A stretch of 64,000 nt of DNA from Gammaproteobacteria bacterium (GTDB taxonomy: Bacteria; Pseudomonadota; Gammaproteobacteria; Steroidobacterales; Rariloculaceae), in NCBI GenBank assembly GCA_035548835.1, contig DASZSB010000155.1, positions 20,929-84,928 on the forward strand, written 5' to 3'. Shown here one piece after another: positions 1 to 10,184 of the stretch; the stretch's first letter is position 1, and the number at the start of each line of letters is the position of its first letter. Made by a program: the position numbers and the translations under genes. The notes below the pieces were generated by a model. That model made no database searches. It worked only from the letters and a program-made list of their open reading frames with translations, and had not been told where the DNA came from.

Positions 1-61
1 GAGAAGCCGGATTGAGGCACATGGGCCGCGCGCGGCTGAATTCCGGCGCGCCCGCGGGACG

Positions 62-1183
62 ATGCGGCACGATCGGAGCGACATGGACGGCAGGATCAAG
101 GGACGCGGGGCACTGTCGAACGGCGCGGGTCGCTTCGCCCGTCACGAGCTCGAGCCCGACCGCGAGGCGTTGGCCGCGGCGGTCGCTGCGGACCCTGACG
201 GCGCTCCGAAGCTCGCGACGACGGTGCACGTGGACACGGCGCGCAGCATCATCACGCGCAATCGCTCGCCCGATCTGCCGTTCAACCAGTCCATCAATCC
301 GTATCGCGGCTGCGAGCACGGCTGCATCTACTGCTACGCGCGCGCCACGCATGCCTATCTCGACCTGTCGCCGGGGCAGGACTTCGAGACGCGTATCTTC
401 TACAAGCCGAACGCCCGCGAGCTGCTGCGCGCCGAGCTGGCCGCGCCGGGCTACGTCGCGAGCCCGATCGCGCTCGGCACGAATACGGACCCGTACCAGC
501 CGATCGAGCGCGAGCTGCGGGTGATGCGCGGCATCCTCGAGCTGCTGGTCGAGACGAAGCACCCGGTGACCATCGTCACGAAGGGTTCCCTGATCCTGCG
601 CGACCTCGACCTGCTCGCCGAGCTGGCGTGCCAGAACCTCGTCGCCGTCAACGTGAGCCTCACGACGCTCGATCACGATCTGAAGCGGCGCATGGAACCT
701 CGGACGGCGGGCCCCGAGCAACGGCTGCACATGATCGAGGCGCTGGCGAAGGCCGGCGTACCGACCGGTGTCCTCGCAGCCCCGATCATTCCGGCACTGA
801 ACGACCACGAGCTCGAACGCATGCTGGAAGCCGCCGCGGCGCGCGGCGCACGGTTCGCCGGCTACGTGCTGCTGCGCCTGCCGCACGAGGTCGAGGCGCT
901 GTTCGTCGAGTGGCTGCACGCCCACTACCCGGACCGCGCCGAGCATGTGCTCGGCCTGCTCCGGCAGATGCGCGGCGGGCAGCTCGACGACCCGGCGTTC
1001 CACAGCCGCCAGCGCGGCCGCGGCCCGTTCGCCGAGCTGCTGCGGGCACGCTTCGAACGCGCCCGGCGCAGCTACCGTTTGGGAGCGGATCTCGCACTGT
1101 CGACCGCCCTGTTCCGCGCCCCGCGGGAGGCCGCGCCGCAGCTCGATCTGTGGCCCTTGGAGTCATTCCGAGAGTCTCAATAA
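62..1183 (+). CDS. PA0069/Rv2578c-family radical SAM protein (SPL-like)
   Basis: NPYRGCEHGCIYC (CxxxCxxC), GTNTDPYQPIE, TKG and C-terminal QLDL motifs typical of this family. Confidence 0.9.
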   Translation: MRHDRSDMDGRIKGRGALSNGAGRFARHELEPDREALAAAVAADPDGAPKLATTVHVDTARSIITRNRSPDLPFNQSINPYRGCEHGCIYCYARATHAYLDLSPGQDFETRIFYKPNARELLRAELAAPGYVASPIALGTNTDPYQPIERELRVMRGILELLVETKHPVTIVTKGSLILRDLDLLAELACQNLVAVNVSLTTLDHDLKRRMEPRTAGPEQRLHMIEALAKAGVPTGVLAAPIIPALNDHELERMLEAAAARGARFAGYVLLRLPHEVEALFVEWLHAHYPDRAEHVLGLLRQMRGGQLDDPAFHSRQRGRGPFAELLRARFERARRSYRLGADLALSTALFRAPREAAPQLDLWPLESFRESQ

Positions 1184-1195
1184 TTGTGGGTCCGG

Positions 1196-1226
1196 AGGCC
1201 CCGCGCTTGGGCCGCCGGGGCCTTTT
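1196..1226 (+). terminator. Possible intrinsic terminator
   Basis: AGGCCCCG (1196-1203) / CGGGGCCT (1216-1223) stem followed by TTTG, just after the radical SAM stop. Confidence 0.5.
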
Positions 1227-1262
1227 GTGGCACTTTGCCCCCACAACGGAGACTCGAGTAAC

Positions 1263-1961
1263 GTGGCCGAGCATCGCCTTCTGATCGTCGACGACGACGT
1301 GCGTCTCACCGAGATGCTCGTCGAATACCTCGCACCGGAGGGCATCGAGCTCACGGCCGTCGCATCGGGCGTGACCGGCCTGCGCAGCGCGCAGCGGGAG
1401 AACTACGACCTGATCATTCTCGACGTCATGCTGCCGGGTCTGTCCGGTTTCGACGTGCTGAAGCAATTGCGCGAGAGCGGATCCAGAACCCCGGTGCTCA
1501 TGCTGACGGCCCGCGGCGACGACGTCGATCGCATCATCGGACTCGACCTCGGTGCCGACGATTACCTGCCGAAGCCCTTCAACCCGCGGGAGCTCCTCGC
1601 GCGCATCAAGGCCATCCTGCGGCGCACGTCGGAAGGCGACGCCGACCAGCCGGCCGAGATCAGCGTGGGCGATCTGCGCGTGAACCTGCCGCGGCGCGAA
1701 GCGTGGATCAAGGAGCAGCCGCTGAAGCTCACGAACGCCGAGTTCGTGATCCTCGTGACTCTGATGCGCTCCCCGGGCGACGTCGTGTCGCGCGAGGCGC
1801 TCACACGCACGGCACTCGGCCGCCAGCTGCTGCCTGACGATCGCAGCCTCGACACGCACATCAGCAACCTGCGCCGCAAGCTCGGCAGCGACGCCGATGC
1901 GGACGTGCTGATCCGCAGCATCCGCGGCAGCGGCTACGTGCTCGTGCCGCCGCAAGGGTGA
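1263..1961 (+). CDS. cpxR: OmpR-family response regulator, CpxR-like
   Basis: GTG start at 1263; LLIVDDD, LDVMLP, LTARG, DDYLPKPF receiver motifs; winged-helix with DRSLDTHISNLRRKL and IRSIRGSGY. Confidence 0.8.
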   Translation: MAEHRLLIVDDDVRLTEMLVEYLAPEGIELTAVASGVTGLRSAQRENYDLIILDVMLPGLSGFDVLKQLRESGSRTPVLMLTARGDDVDRIIGLDLGADDYLPKPFNPRELLARIKAILRRTSEGDADQPAEISVGDLRVNLPRREAWIKEQPLKLTNAEFVILVTLMRSPGDVVSREALTRTALGRQLLPDDRSLDTHISNLRRKLGSDADADVLIRSIRGSGYVLVPPQG

Positions 1962-1967
1962 GCCGTC

Positions 1968-3326
1968 GTGGGGCTGTTCTGGAAGATTTTCATCTCGTTC
2001 ATGATCGCCACGACGGTCACGCTCGTGGGCGCCATATTCGTGAGCTTCCAGATCGCGAGCCAGGCGTTCGATCAGGTCAACGTCGAAGGGCGTGACAAGA
2101 TCATCGAGTCCGTAGCCGCAGCCCTCGCCCATGGCGGCGAACGCGAGCTCAAGGCGTGGCTGTTCAACAATCCCCGCCCGGCCCCCGGCATCGTGCTCCT
2201 CGTCACGAACGAGCGCGGTGACGAGCTGCTGGGCCGCGCCATGCCGCGGGAGCTCGCGCGCCTGCTCGCGACGCGGCCGTTCCGACGCCCCGCCACGCCG
2301 CCGAATCTGCGGCCGATGCAGTTGACGCCGCACCTGATCGGCCCGAACAACGAGGAGTACCGTCTGCTGTTCGCGCGCGCGCCGGTCACGGTGCTCGGAA
2401 TCCTGATGTGGCCGGGAACACCCGTCGCGGTACTCAGCATCGCGATCCTGGCGGCGGCCATCATGTCCCTGCTGCTTGCGCGCTACCTGTCGTCGCCGAT
2501 CGTCCGCCTGCAGAAGGCCAGCCGCGCGATCGCGTCCGGCGAGTTCGGGGCGCGGGTGGGCCAGCCCTTCGACCAGCGCGCGGACGAGGTCGGCACCCTG
2601 GCGCGCGACTTCGACACCATGGCCGAGCGCATCCAGGCGCTCGTGACCGCCAAGGAGACCCTGCTTCGCGACGTGTCGCACGAGCTGCGCTCACCGCTCG
2701 CACGCATCCGCATGGCGCTCGCGCTGGCCGAGCGGCGCGCGGGCCCTGAAGCGCTGCCCGACCTGCAGCGAATCGAGCGGGAGGCCGAGAAGCTCGACGC
2801 ACTCGTGGGCCAGGTCATGACGTTGACCCGCCTGCGGACGGCGACGGCCCCGCGCCAGGATCCGGTACGCCTCGATCAGCTGGTCAGCGAAGTCGTCGAC
2901 GACGCGCGTTTCGAGCACCCGGCGAGCCGCGTGGAGCTCTCGACCAGCGGTCCTATCGAAGTGCGGGGCGATGCGGACGGCCTGAAGAGCGCCATCGAGA
3001 ACGTCGTGCGCAACGCACTGATCTACGGCGATCCGGCGCAACCGATCGTGGTCGAGGCGAAGGCAAACGGCGGCGAGGCCCTCGTGCGCGTGATGGACCG
3101 CGGCCCCGGCGTTCCGGAGCCCGAGCTGGCTCGGATCTTCGAGCCGTTCTATCGGACCGACAAGAGCCGCGATCACCGCAAGGGCGGCCAGGGCATCGGG
3201 CTCGCGATCACGACCCGCGTGACCGAGCTGCACGGCGGGAGCGTGATCGCGCGCAACCGCTCCGGAGGCGGCCTCGAGATCGACCTGAAGCTGCCGCTCG
3301 GCAGCGTTCCCGCGCCTGCGACCTAG
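1968..3326 (+). CDS. cpxA: HAMP sensor histidine kinase, CpxA-like
   Basis: Two TM segments, HAMP, H-box DVSHELRSPLARI, N-box ENVVRNA, DRGPG and GIGL boxes; follows the regulator. Confidence 0.8.
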   Translation: MGLFWKIFISFMIATTVTLVGAIFVSFQIASQAFDQVNVEGRDKIIESVAAALAHGGERELKAWLFNNPRPAPGIVLLVTNERGDELLGRAMPRELARLLATRPFRRPATPPNLRPMQLTPHLIGPNNEEYRLLFARAPVTVLGILMWPGTPVAVLSIAILAAAIMSLLLARYLSSPIVRLQKASRAIASGEFGARVGQPFDQRADEVGTLARDFDTMAERIQALVTAKETLLRDVSHELRSPLARIRMALALAERRAGPEALPDLQRIEREAEKLDALVGQVMTLTRLRTATAPRQDPVRLDQLVSEVVDDARFEHPASRVELSTSGPIEVRGDADGLKSAIENVVRNALIYGDPAQPIVVEAKANGGEALVRVMDRGPGVPEPELARIFEPFYRTDKSRDHRKGGQGIGLAITTRVTELHGGSVIARNRSGGGLEIDLKLPLGSVPAPAT

Positions 3327-4603
3327 AGGCTGTAACCACGTTCCTCGTGCAGCACGAGGTCGAGGCCTTCGCTCTCCTGCTCGGCCGACACGCGTAGCGG
3401 CGTAACGAGGTTCACGAGCTTCAGCAGCACGAACGTGGCCGCGCCGCACCAGGCGGCCGTCGCGAAAGCACCGATCGCCTGCGTCAGCAGCTGACCGCCG
3501 ATCGACACGCCGGGTGGCAGGCCGAGGCCATCAAGCGACGGCGACGAGAACACGGCCGTCAACAGCAGGCCCGTGAAGCCGCCGACCCCATGCACCGGGA
3601 ACACGTCGAGCGAGTCGTCGATCTTGAGCTGCCGCTTCACGATCTGCGTCGCGAGGAAGCACACCACGCCCGCCACGAGGCCGATGATCAGCCCGCCCAT
3701 CGGACCCACGTAGCCCGACGCCGGCGTAATCGTGCCGAGGCCGGCCACCATGCCGGTCACGATGCCGAGCACGCTCGGCTTGCCGAACCGGACCCACTCG
3801 AGACCCATCCAGGCCACCGCGCCCGCGGCCGCACCGATGTGCGTGACGAGCAGCGCCATGCCGGCCGCACCATTCGCCGCGAGCGCGCTGCCGGCGTTGA
3901 AGCCGTACCAGCCGACCCACAGCAGCGAGGCGCCGGTCACGGTCATCGTGAGGTTGTGCGGCAGCATGGGCGTACCCGGAAATCCGTTCCGCCTGCCGAT
4001 CACGATCGCGGCTACGAGCGCGGCGATACCTGCGTTGACATGCACGACGGCGCCCCCCGCGAAATCGCGGAACCCCATCGCCTGCAGCCAGCCCCCGCCC
4101 CACACCCAGTGCGTCACGGGCAGGTACACGACGATGAACCACAGGATGGAGAACAGCAGCATGCCCGCGAAGCGGGTCCGTTCGGCGAAGCCGCCGACGA
4201 TCAGCGCCGGCGTGATGATCGCGAACGTCAGCTGGAACATGCTGAAGACCGTTTCGGGGATCGAGCCGGTGAGCGTATCGACGCCGATGCCGCGCAGCCA
4301 TGCCTTCGACAGGCCGCCGATGAAAGCATTGCCTTCGGCGAACGCGAAGGAATAGCCAAAAATCGTCCACAGCACCGACACGATGCCGCACAGCGCGAAA
4401 CACTGCATGAGCACCGACAGCACGTTGCGGCTGCGGACGAGGCCGCCATAGAACAGCGCCAGTCCCGGCAGGGTCATCATCAATACCAGCGCGGTCGCCG
4501 TCAGCAGCCACGCGGTCGCACCGCTGTCGGCGGACTGCGCCAGCGCCAATGCCGGGCACACGGTCGCCGCCAGTGCCACGACAGCACTCGTCGTCTTGGT
4601 CAC
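3323..4603 (-). CDS. amtB: Ammonium transporter
   Basis: DFAGGAVVHVNAG, GWYGFNAGS, DDSLDVFPVHG (twin His retained); downstream of glnK. Confidence 0.97.
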   Translation of the reverse strand: MTKTTSAVVALAATVCPALALAQSADSGATAWLLTATALVLMMTLPGLALFYGGLVRSRNVLSVLMQCFALCGIVSVLWTIFGYSFAFAEGNAFIGGLSKAWLRGIGVDTLTGSIPETVFSMFQLTFAIITPALIVGGFAERTRFAGMLLFSILWFIVVYLPVTHWVWGGGWLQAMGFRDFAGGAVVHVNAGIAALVAAIVIGRRNGFPGTPMLPHNLTMTVTGASLLWVGWYGFNAGSALAANGAAGMALLVTHIGAAAGAVAWMGLEWVRFGKPSVLGIVTGMVAGLGTITPASGYVGPMGGLIIGLVAGVVCFLATQIVKRQLKIDDSLDVFPVHGVGGFTGLLLTAVFSSPSLDGLGLPPGVSIGGQLLTQAIGAFATAAWCGAATFVLLKLVNLVTPLRVSAEQESEGLDLVLHEERGYSL

Positions 4604-4631
4604 GTTCGCTCCCCCCAGAGCTGGTGGTGAA

Positions 4632-5081
<450 letters not shown>

Positions 5082-5164
5082 CTACGCGCGCGTTGCCCCG
5101 CACGCAACTTTCCGCCCGGCGAAGCGTCCGAATTCATATCGAGATCCAGCCAACGGTGATCACC

Positions 5165-6121
5165 ATGCGCAAGAAGCTCGACACGCGAATCAAGCCTTCC
5201 GAGATCACGCCCGAGAGCGCGTTCATGAACCGGCGCACGCTGCTGAAGGCGGCGGTGGCCGCGGGGCTCGTACCCTCGATTATGTCCACCGGACGCGCGG
5301 CAACCCTCCCGGCCAACGGCGAGTTCACCGACCTCAAGAAGTGGCCTGGCTCGCTGACGGACAAGCCGAACAGCTTCCAGGACATCACGACGTACAACAA
5401 CTTCTACGAGTTCGGCACGGGCAAAGGCGACCCTGCGGCCAATGCGCACACGCTGAAGACGAAACCGTGGTCCATCCAGGTCACCGGTGAGGCGGGCAAG
5501 ACCGGCACGTTCACGCTGGAAGACATCCTCGCGCCGCACGCGCTCGAGGAGCGCATCTACCGGCTGCGCTGCGTGGAGGCATGGTCGATGATCATCCCGT
5601 GGGTCGGCTTTCCACTGGCCGACCTGCTGAAGCGCTTCGAGCCGACGTCGCAGGCCAAGTTCGTGCAGTTCGTGTCGCTGGCGGATCGCAACCAGATGCC
5701 CGGCGTGCGCTACCCGGTGCTCGAATGGCCATACCGCGAGGGGCTCACGATCGAGGAGGCCATGCACCCGTTGACGCTGGTCACGGTCGGCGTCTACGGC
5801 AAGGTGCTGCCGAACCAGAACGGCGCGCCGATCCGCATCATCGTACCGTGGAAATACGGCTTCAAGAGCGCGAAATCGATCGTGCGTATCCACTTCACGG
5901 ATCGCCGCCCGCAGACCAGCTGGAACATGGCCGCGCCGCAGGAATACGGGTTCTATTCGAACGTGAACCCCAACGTCGACCACCCGCGGTGGAGTCAGGC
6001 CACGGAGCGGAAGCTCGGCGGCGGCCTGTTCGCCTCGCGCGTCCCGACACTGATGTTCAACGGGTACGCCGATCAGGTCGCGAGTCTCTACACCGGGCTC
6101 GATCTCAGGAAGAACTACTAG
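5165..6121 (+). CDS. msrP: Methionine sulfoxide reductase catalytic molybdo-subunit
   Basis: Tat-like MNRRTLLK; [39 protein letters not shown]. Confidence 0.95.
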   Translation: MRKKLDTRIKPSEITPESAFMNRRTLLKAAVAAGLVPSIMSTGRAATLPANGEFTDLKKWPGSLTDKPNSFQDITTYNNFYEFGTGKGDPAANAHTLKTKPWSIQVTGEAGKTGTFTLEDILAPHALEERIYRLRCVEAWSMIIPWVGFPLADLLKRFEPTSQAKFVQFVSLADRNQMPGVRYPVLEWPYREGLTIEEAMHPLTLVTVGVYGKVLPNQNGAPIRIIVPWKYGFKSAKSIVRIHFTDRRPQTSWNMAAPQEYGFYSNVNPNVDHPRWSQATERKLGGGLFASRVPTLMFNGYADQVASLYTGLDLRKNY

Positions 6122-6130
6122 TAGTCTCAC

Positions 6131-6802
6131 GTGCCCGCGTCGACGCCACGTTGGGTGGTCGCCGTCAAGGTGGCCGTGTGGGCCGCCTGCCTCGCCCCGT
6201 TCGCCTTGCTCGTGCTGCGCGCGCTCGGCGTGAACGGCATGTCGCTCGGCGCGGATCCCGTGCAGGAGATCCTGAACGTCTGCGGCAAGACCGGTCTGAA
6301 CCTGCTGCTGCTCACGCTCTGCATCACGCCGATCCGGCGCTCGACCGGCATCAATCGGCTGATCTCGTTCCGCCGGCTGCTGGGCCTCTTCGGCTTCTTC
6401 TACGTGGTGCTGCACTTCGCGACCTACGCGGTGCTCGACCTCGGCCTCGCGTGGGATCACGTGCTCGAGGACATCGCCAAGCGTCCCTACATCACCGTGG
6501 GATTCACGGCGCTCGTGCTCCTGATCCCGCTGGCGGCGACTTCGACGAACCGGATTCAGCGCGCGCTCGGCAGACGCTGGGTGAAGCTGCACCGCCTCGT
6601 CTACGTGATCGCCGTGCTCGGCGTGGTGCACTTCTGGTGGCAGGTGAAGCTCGATATCTCCGAGCCGCTGCTGTACGCGTTCCTGCTGACCGTGCTGCTC
6701 GGCGTCCGCGTGCAGCACGCGTGGACGCTGCGCAAGAGGACGCGGTCAGTAGATGCGAAACCCGCCGTGACGACGGCGTATCAGCGAGTCAAGCCACCAT
6801 AG
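6131..6802 (+). CDS. msrQ: Heme-binding membrane subunit
   Basis: RRLLGLFGFFYVVLHF, KRPYITVG, WVKLHRLVY; follows msrP; overlaps the convergent gene by 57 nt. Confidence 0.93.
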   Translation: MPASTPRWVVAVKVAVWAACLAPFALLVLRALGVNGMSLGADPVQEILNVCGKTGLNLLLLTLCITPIRRSTGINRLISFRRLLGLFGFFYVVLHFATYAVLDLGLAWDHVLEDIAKRPYITVGFTALVLLIPLAATSTNRIQRALGRRWVKLHRLVYVIAVLGVVHFWWQVKLDISEPLLYAFLLTVLLGVRVQHAWTLRKRTRSVDAKPAVTTAYQRVKPP

Positions 6803-7351
6803 TCCGGCGGCAAACCCGCCGGCGAACACGACGACCAGCGCGAGCAGCACCCACGGCAACGGCAGGGTGCTGCGGTACGCCTCGAACCGCTCCTCGTAGG
6901 CTCGGTTCTCGCGCCTCAACCGGTCGAGGGCCTCCTGCAGCGCATCCGTGGGGAGGGTGCTCGTCGCCGTGCGGCCATTGTTGAGCTTGCCGATCTGTTC
7001 CTCGGCGGCGTGCTGCGCGTCGTGCGCAGCCGCGACGTCGTTCTTCAGGTCCGCGATCTCCGCCTCGAGCTCGGCCACGCGTGCGCGGGCCGGTTTCCCC
7101 GTGACGAGGAATGCCGTCTTGACCCACCCCTCGTGACCGGCCGCGGTGCGCACGCGCGTGTAGTTCGTGTCGCGCTGCAACACCTCGACGGCCGCGCCGC
7201 TCGTGAGATTCTCGATCGGATCACCGCTGCCGTCGGCCGCGGCGTATACCGCGAGCCGCAGACTGTCGGTGACGTAGGCGGACTCGGCGCCGGCCAGGGA
7301 CGCCCAGCTGACTGCCGCACCGATCAACAGCGAATACGTCCGCATGACCAC
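6746..7351 (-). CDS. SH3-domain protein (TIGR04211/YgiM-like)
   Basis: Signal peptide, YVTDSL...SH3b with EGWV, coiled coil, C-terminal TM plus IRRRHGG. Confidence 0.75.
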   Translation of the reverse strand: MVMRTYSLLIGAAVSWASLAGAESAYVTDSLRLAVYAAADGSGDPIENLTSGAAVEVLQRDTNYTRVRTAAGHEGWVKTAFLVTGKPARARVAELEAEIADLKNDVAAAHDAQHAAEEQIGKLNNGRTATSTLPTDALQEALDRLRRENRAYEERFEAYRSTLPLPWVLLALVVVFAGGFAAGLWWLDSLIRRRHGGFRIY

Positions 7352-7420
7352 CCTCGGTAAATCTGCTCCGGATGTCGGCCGTATTGTAGGCCAGCTCGCG
7401 GCCCGAGCCTCGATCGCGAC

Positions 7421-9601
7421 TCAGCCGCGCGTGGTCACGCGCACCGCGGGCTCGGCGCTTGAACCGGCCAGCAGAGTGCCGAGCGGCTGCGGCCGGCCGA
7501 AGTAGAAGCCCTGCCCGAAGTCGACGTCGAGCTCGCGCAGCTTGTCCGCCGTGGCGGCGTTCTCCACGTGCTCCGCGATCGAGCTGACGCCGAGCGTCCG
7601 TGCGGCGCGTGCGATGCCGGAGACGATCGACTCGGCAATGCGGTCCTCGACGATGCGGCGCACGAAACGGCCGTCGATCTTCAGGTAGTGCACGGGCAGG
7701 CGCTTCAGATGTGCGAGCGAGCTCAACCCGGAGCCGAAATCGTCGAGCGCGATCCTGCAGCCGGCCGCGCTGAGATCCCGGATCAGCGCCTCGGCGGCGG
7801 CCACGTGATTCACCGCTACCGCCTCCTTGAGCTCGAAGCAGAACGCGGACGGCGGCAGACCGGCCTCCCCGAGCTGCTCCAGCGCAAACGCCGCGTACCT
7901 GCGCGTAGCCAGCGACTGCGCAGACACGTTCAGCGTGAAGGAATAGGACGTATTGGCAACCTCCGCGACTCGGGATCGCAGAGCATCGATCAACGAGCAC
8001 AGCACCCAGCGGTCGAGGGCCGGCAGGAGCTCGTAGCGCTCCGCTGCGTCGAAGAACTTGTCGGGCGCGAGCAAAGCGCCAGCCGCGTTGCGCATGCGCA
8101 CGAGCGACTCGTAGCCCACCGTGTCGCCGGGGCGGGACGCCAGGCCGACGATCGGCTGAACTTCCAGGTGGAAGTCGTTGCTGCGGAAGGCGTCCTGGAA
8201 CGTCGAGGCCGCGAGCGCCTGGCGCACCACGGTACCGCCGGCCGCCGTGGCGTCTTCGTCGGCGACGGCCAGACGACCGCCGCCCCGTTGCTTGGCGCGC
8301 TTGCAGGCGAGTTCCGCGGCGGCGATCAGGTGTGCAACCTGGTCCTGTCCCGGGGTCACGCCCACGATGCCGACGCTGACACTCACGGGTACCGCATCGA
8401 CGCCGTGCACGTAGCCGAGCTGGGAGGTAGCGGCCAGCAGGCGCCGGCCGAGTTCGCCCGCGGTTGCGAGATCGGTCTGCGGCAGCAGCGCGACGAATCG
8501 ATCGGCACCGATGCGGCACACCGTCGCCGTCGTGCCGGCCGCGCGGCGCAGCATGTCGGCGACGCGCTGGATGACCTCGTCGCCGGCCTGCAGGCCGAAC
8601 GCCTCGTTGATCGCCTCGAGACGGTCGATATCGACATACAGCAGCGCGTGGGAGCCCGTGCCCGGCGCGAGCAGCGACGCCATGCGGCGCTCGAAAATCA
8701 AGCGGTTCACGAGACCGGTCAGGGCGTCGTGCTGACTGCCAAGGATCGCGACCGCTTTGCGGCTGACGAATTCGAGGATCCGGATGTCGCGCAGCTCGAA
8801 GTCCTCGGCCGTGACAGCCCGGAACAACGCGACGAGCCCGATGACGCGGCCGTGCGTGTCGCGCACGGGGCAGGACAGGATCTTGTACGGCGCGACCCCA
8901 CCGGCGCCCGCCACGCGATTGACGACCATCGGGCGATTGTTCAGCTGCGCCCACGCGAGCAGGTGCTTCTGCGTGCGATCGAGGATCGTGACGCCCGGGA
9001 TCGTCTCGTCGATGGCGCTGGACACCGTCAGGTTCTTGTCGGGCACGAGCAGGGCGCCGAGCACGCAACCCAAGTGCTGCATGCAGTGGCGCAGGAGCTG
9101 AGTCAGCGCTCCGCTGTCGAGCTGGCCCGATTCGTCGACGGAGAGCAGCAACTCGAGGCCGTCGTCGGCGGCGGGAGCAGACTCCGGCCGCGCCTGCTCG
9201 AGGTCGAGCCGGCTCTCGAGCGTATCGAGCACGGGCCGCAGCATGCTGAGCACCATCGACGGCGTCTGCTTGGAATTCTGGCTCAACTCAACGACGAGGG
9301 ATCCCAGCGGGCGCGACTCCGTGCCGCGCAGCAATGCGACGAATGCGGGCACGCCGGCGGAGGTCATCTCGATGCTGCCACGACCGGCAACCGTGTCGCT
9401 CGAGCGCACGCGTTCCAGGAGCTGGCGCAGATCGGGCCGCTCGTAGCCATCCGAGCACCAGGCGAGCTCGCTCTCCCCAGCGTAGATGGCGATGCTGCCA
9501 GTGCTCGGCAGAAGCATCTTGATCAGCTGGCCATACGCGGCGTAGCTGGCACCTGTAGCAGCGGCATTCGATTCGGCACTGGCGGCGGCGGGCTCGGCCA
9601 T
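7421..9601 (-). CDS. GGDEF-EAL protein with degenerate signatures
   Basis: HDALTGLVNR, GADRF at the GGDEF position, ESL at the EAL position, LDDFGSGLSS, LKIDG. Confidence 0.85.
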   Translation of the reverse strand: MAEPAAASAESNAAATGASYAAYGQLIKMLLPSTGSIAIYAGESELAWCSDGYERPDLRQLLERVRSSDTVAGRGSIEMTSAGVPAFVALLRGTESRPLGSLVVELSQNSKQTPSMVLSMLRPVLDTLESRLDLEQARPESAPAADDGLELLLSVDESGQLDSGALTQLLRHCMQHLGCVLGALLVPDKNLTVSSAIDETIPGVTILDRTQKHLLAWAQLNNRPMVVNRVAGAGGVAPYKILSCPVRDTHGRVIGLVALFRAVTAEDFELRDIRILEFVSRKAVAILGSQHDALTGLVNRLIFERRMASLLAPGTGSHALLYVDIDRLEAINEAFGLQAGDEVIQRVADMLRRAAGTTATVCRIGADRFVALLPQTDLATAGELGRRLLAATSQLGYVHGVDAVPVSVSVGIVGVTPGQDQVAHLIAAAELACKRAKQRGGGRLAVADEDATAAGGTVVRQALAASTFQDAFRSNDFHLEVQPIVGLASRPGDTVGYESLVRMRNAAGALLAPDKFFDAAERYELLPALDRWVLCSLIDALRSRVAEVANTSYSFTLNVSAQSLATRRYAAFALEQLGEAGLPPSAFCFELKEAVAVNHVAAAEALIRDLSAAGCRIALDDFGSGLSSLAHLKRLPVHYLKIDGRFVRRIVEDRIAESIVSGIARAARTLGVSSIAEHVENAATADKLRELDVDFGQGFYFGRPQPLGTLLAGSSAEPAVRVTTRG

Positions 9602-9710
9602 TCAATGGCGTCCGGGCGGGCGGGAAAGGCTCCCCAGCATGCTCCGCCATGAGGACGTCCGAATCTTTGATCGAAGTCGCAAAACCGCCCGTTGAGGCGA
9701 TGCCGCGGAC

Positions 9711-10076
9711 TCAGCTGCGGCTGGTCAGGTACTGCGGCGGCTTCTTCGGGGAGCTGACCACCTTCAGCGGCTCCGCCCGCTCGAGCGTGTTCAGCAACTC
9801 GACGTAGAGCTTCACGATCGTGGCCGCGTGGCCGCCAGCCTCGTCCGGCGACATCTTCTGGACGCTCGCACGAACCCTCGACTCGGTGCCTACCGGAGCG
9901 ACGCGACTCAGCGCCGTCTGGAGGTCCGCGAAGTCCCGGCGCAGACCGGCCGGAAACTCGCCGTCGACGAGATCCGCGAGATGGGCGGTGTAGGCCTGGG
10001 CGAGACGAGCCTTGACGGGCCCGTCACCAATCAGGGTCTTGACCGCTTCGGCGAAGCGCTGCGCGAGTGGCGACAT
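9711..10076 (-). CDS. Hypothetical protein (121 aa)
   Basis: Protein-like helical ORF from MSPLAQRF, typical codon usage, fills an intergenic gap. Confidence 0.7.
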   Translation of the reverse strand: MSPLAQRFAEAVKTLIGDGPVKARLAQAYTAHLADLVDGEFPAGLRRDFADLQTALSRVAPVGTESRVRASVQKMSPDEAGGHAATIVKLYVELLNTLERAEPLKVVSSPKKPPQYLTSRS

Positions 10077-10184
10077 GGGTGGAGCCTTGGTTCTTGTTGT
10101 TGTTGGCACCGACCGGGCGACCCACTGTCGCCCTTGGACATAACGTATAGCAGATATCAACAATCGGCGACAAGTATCTGGACA

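Noticed and set aside
6746-6802. 57-nt convergent overlap of msrQ and the SH3 gene as a special feature
   Set aside because: Short tail-to-tail overlaps are common in GC-rich genomes (also at 54539-59 and 36651-56)
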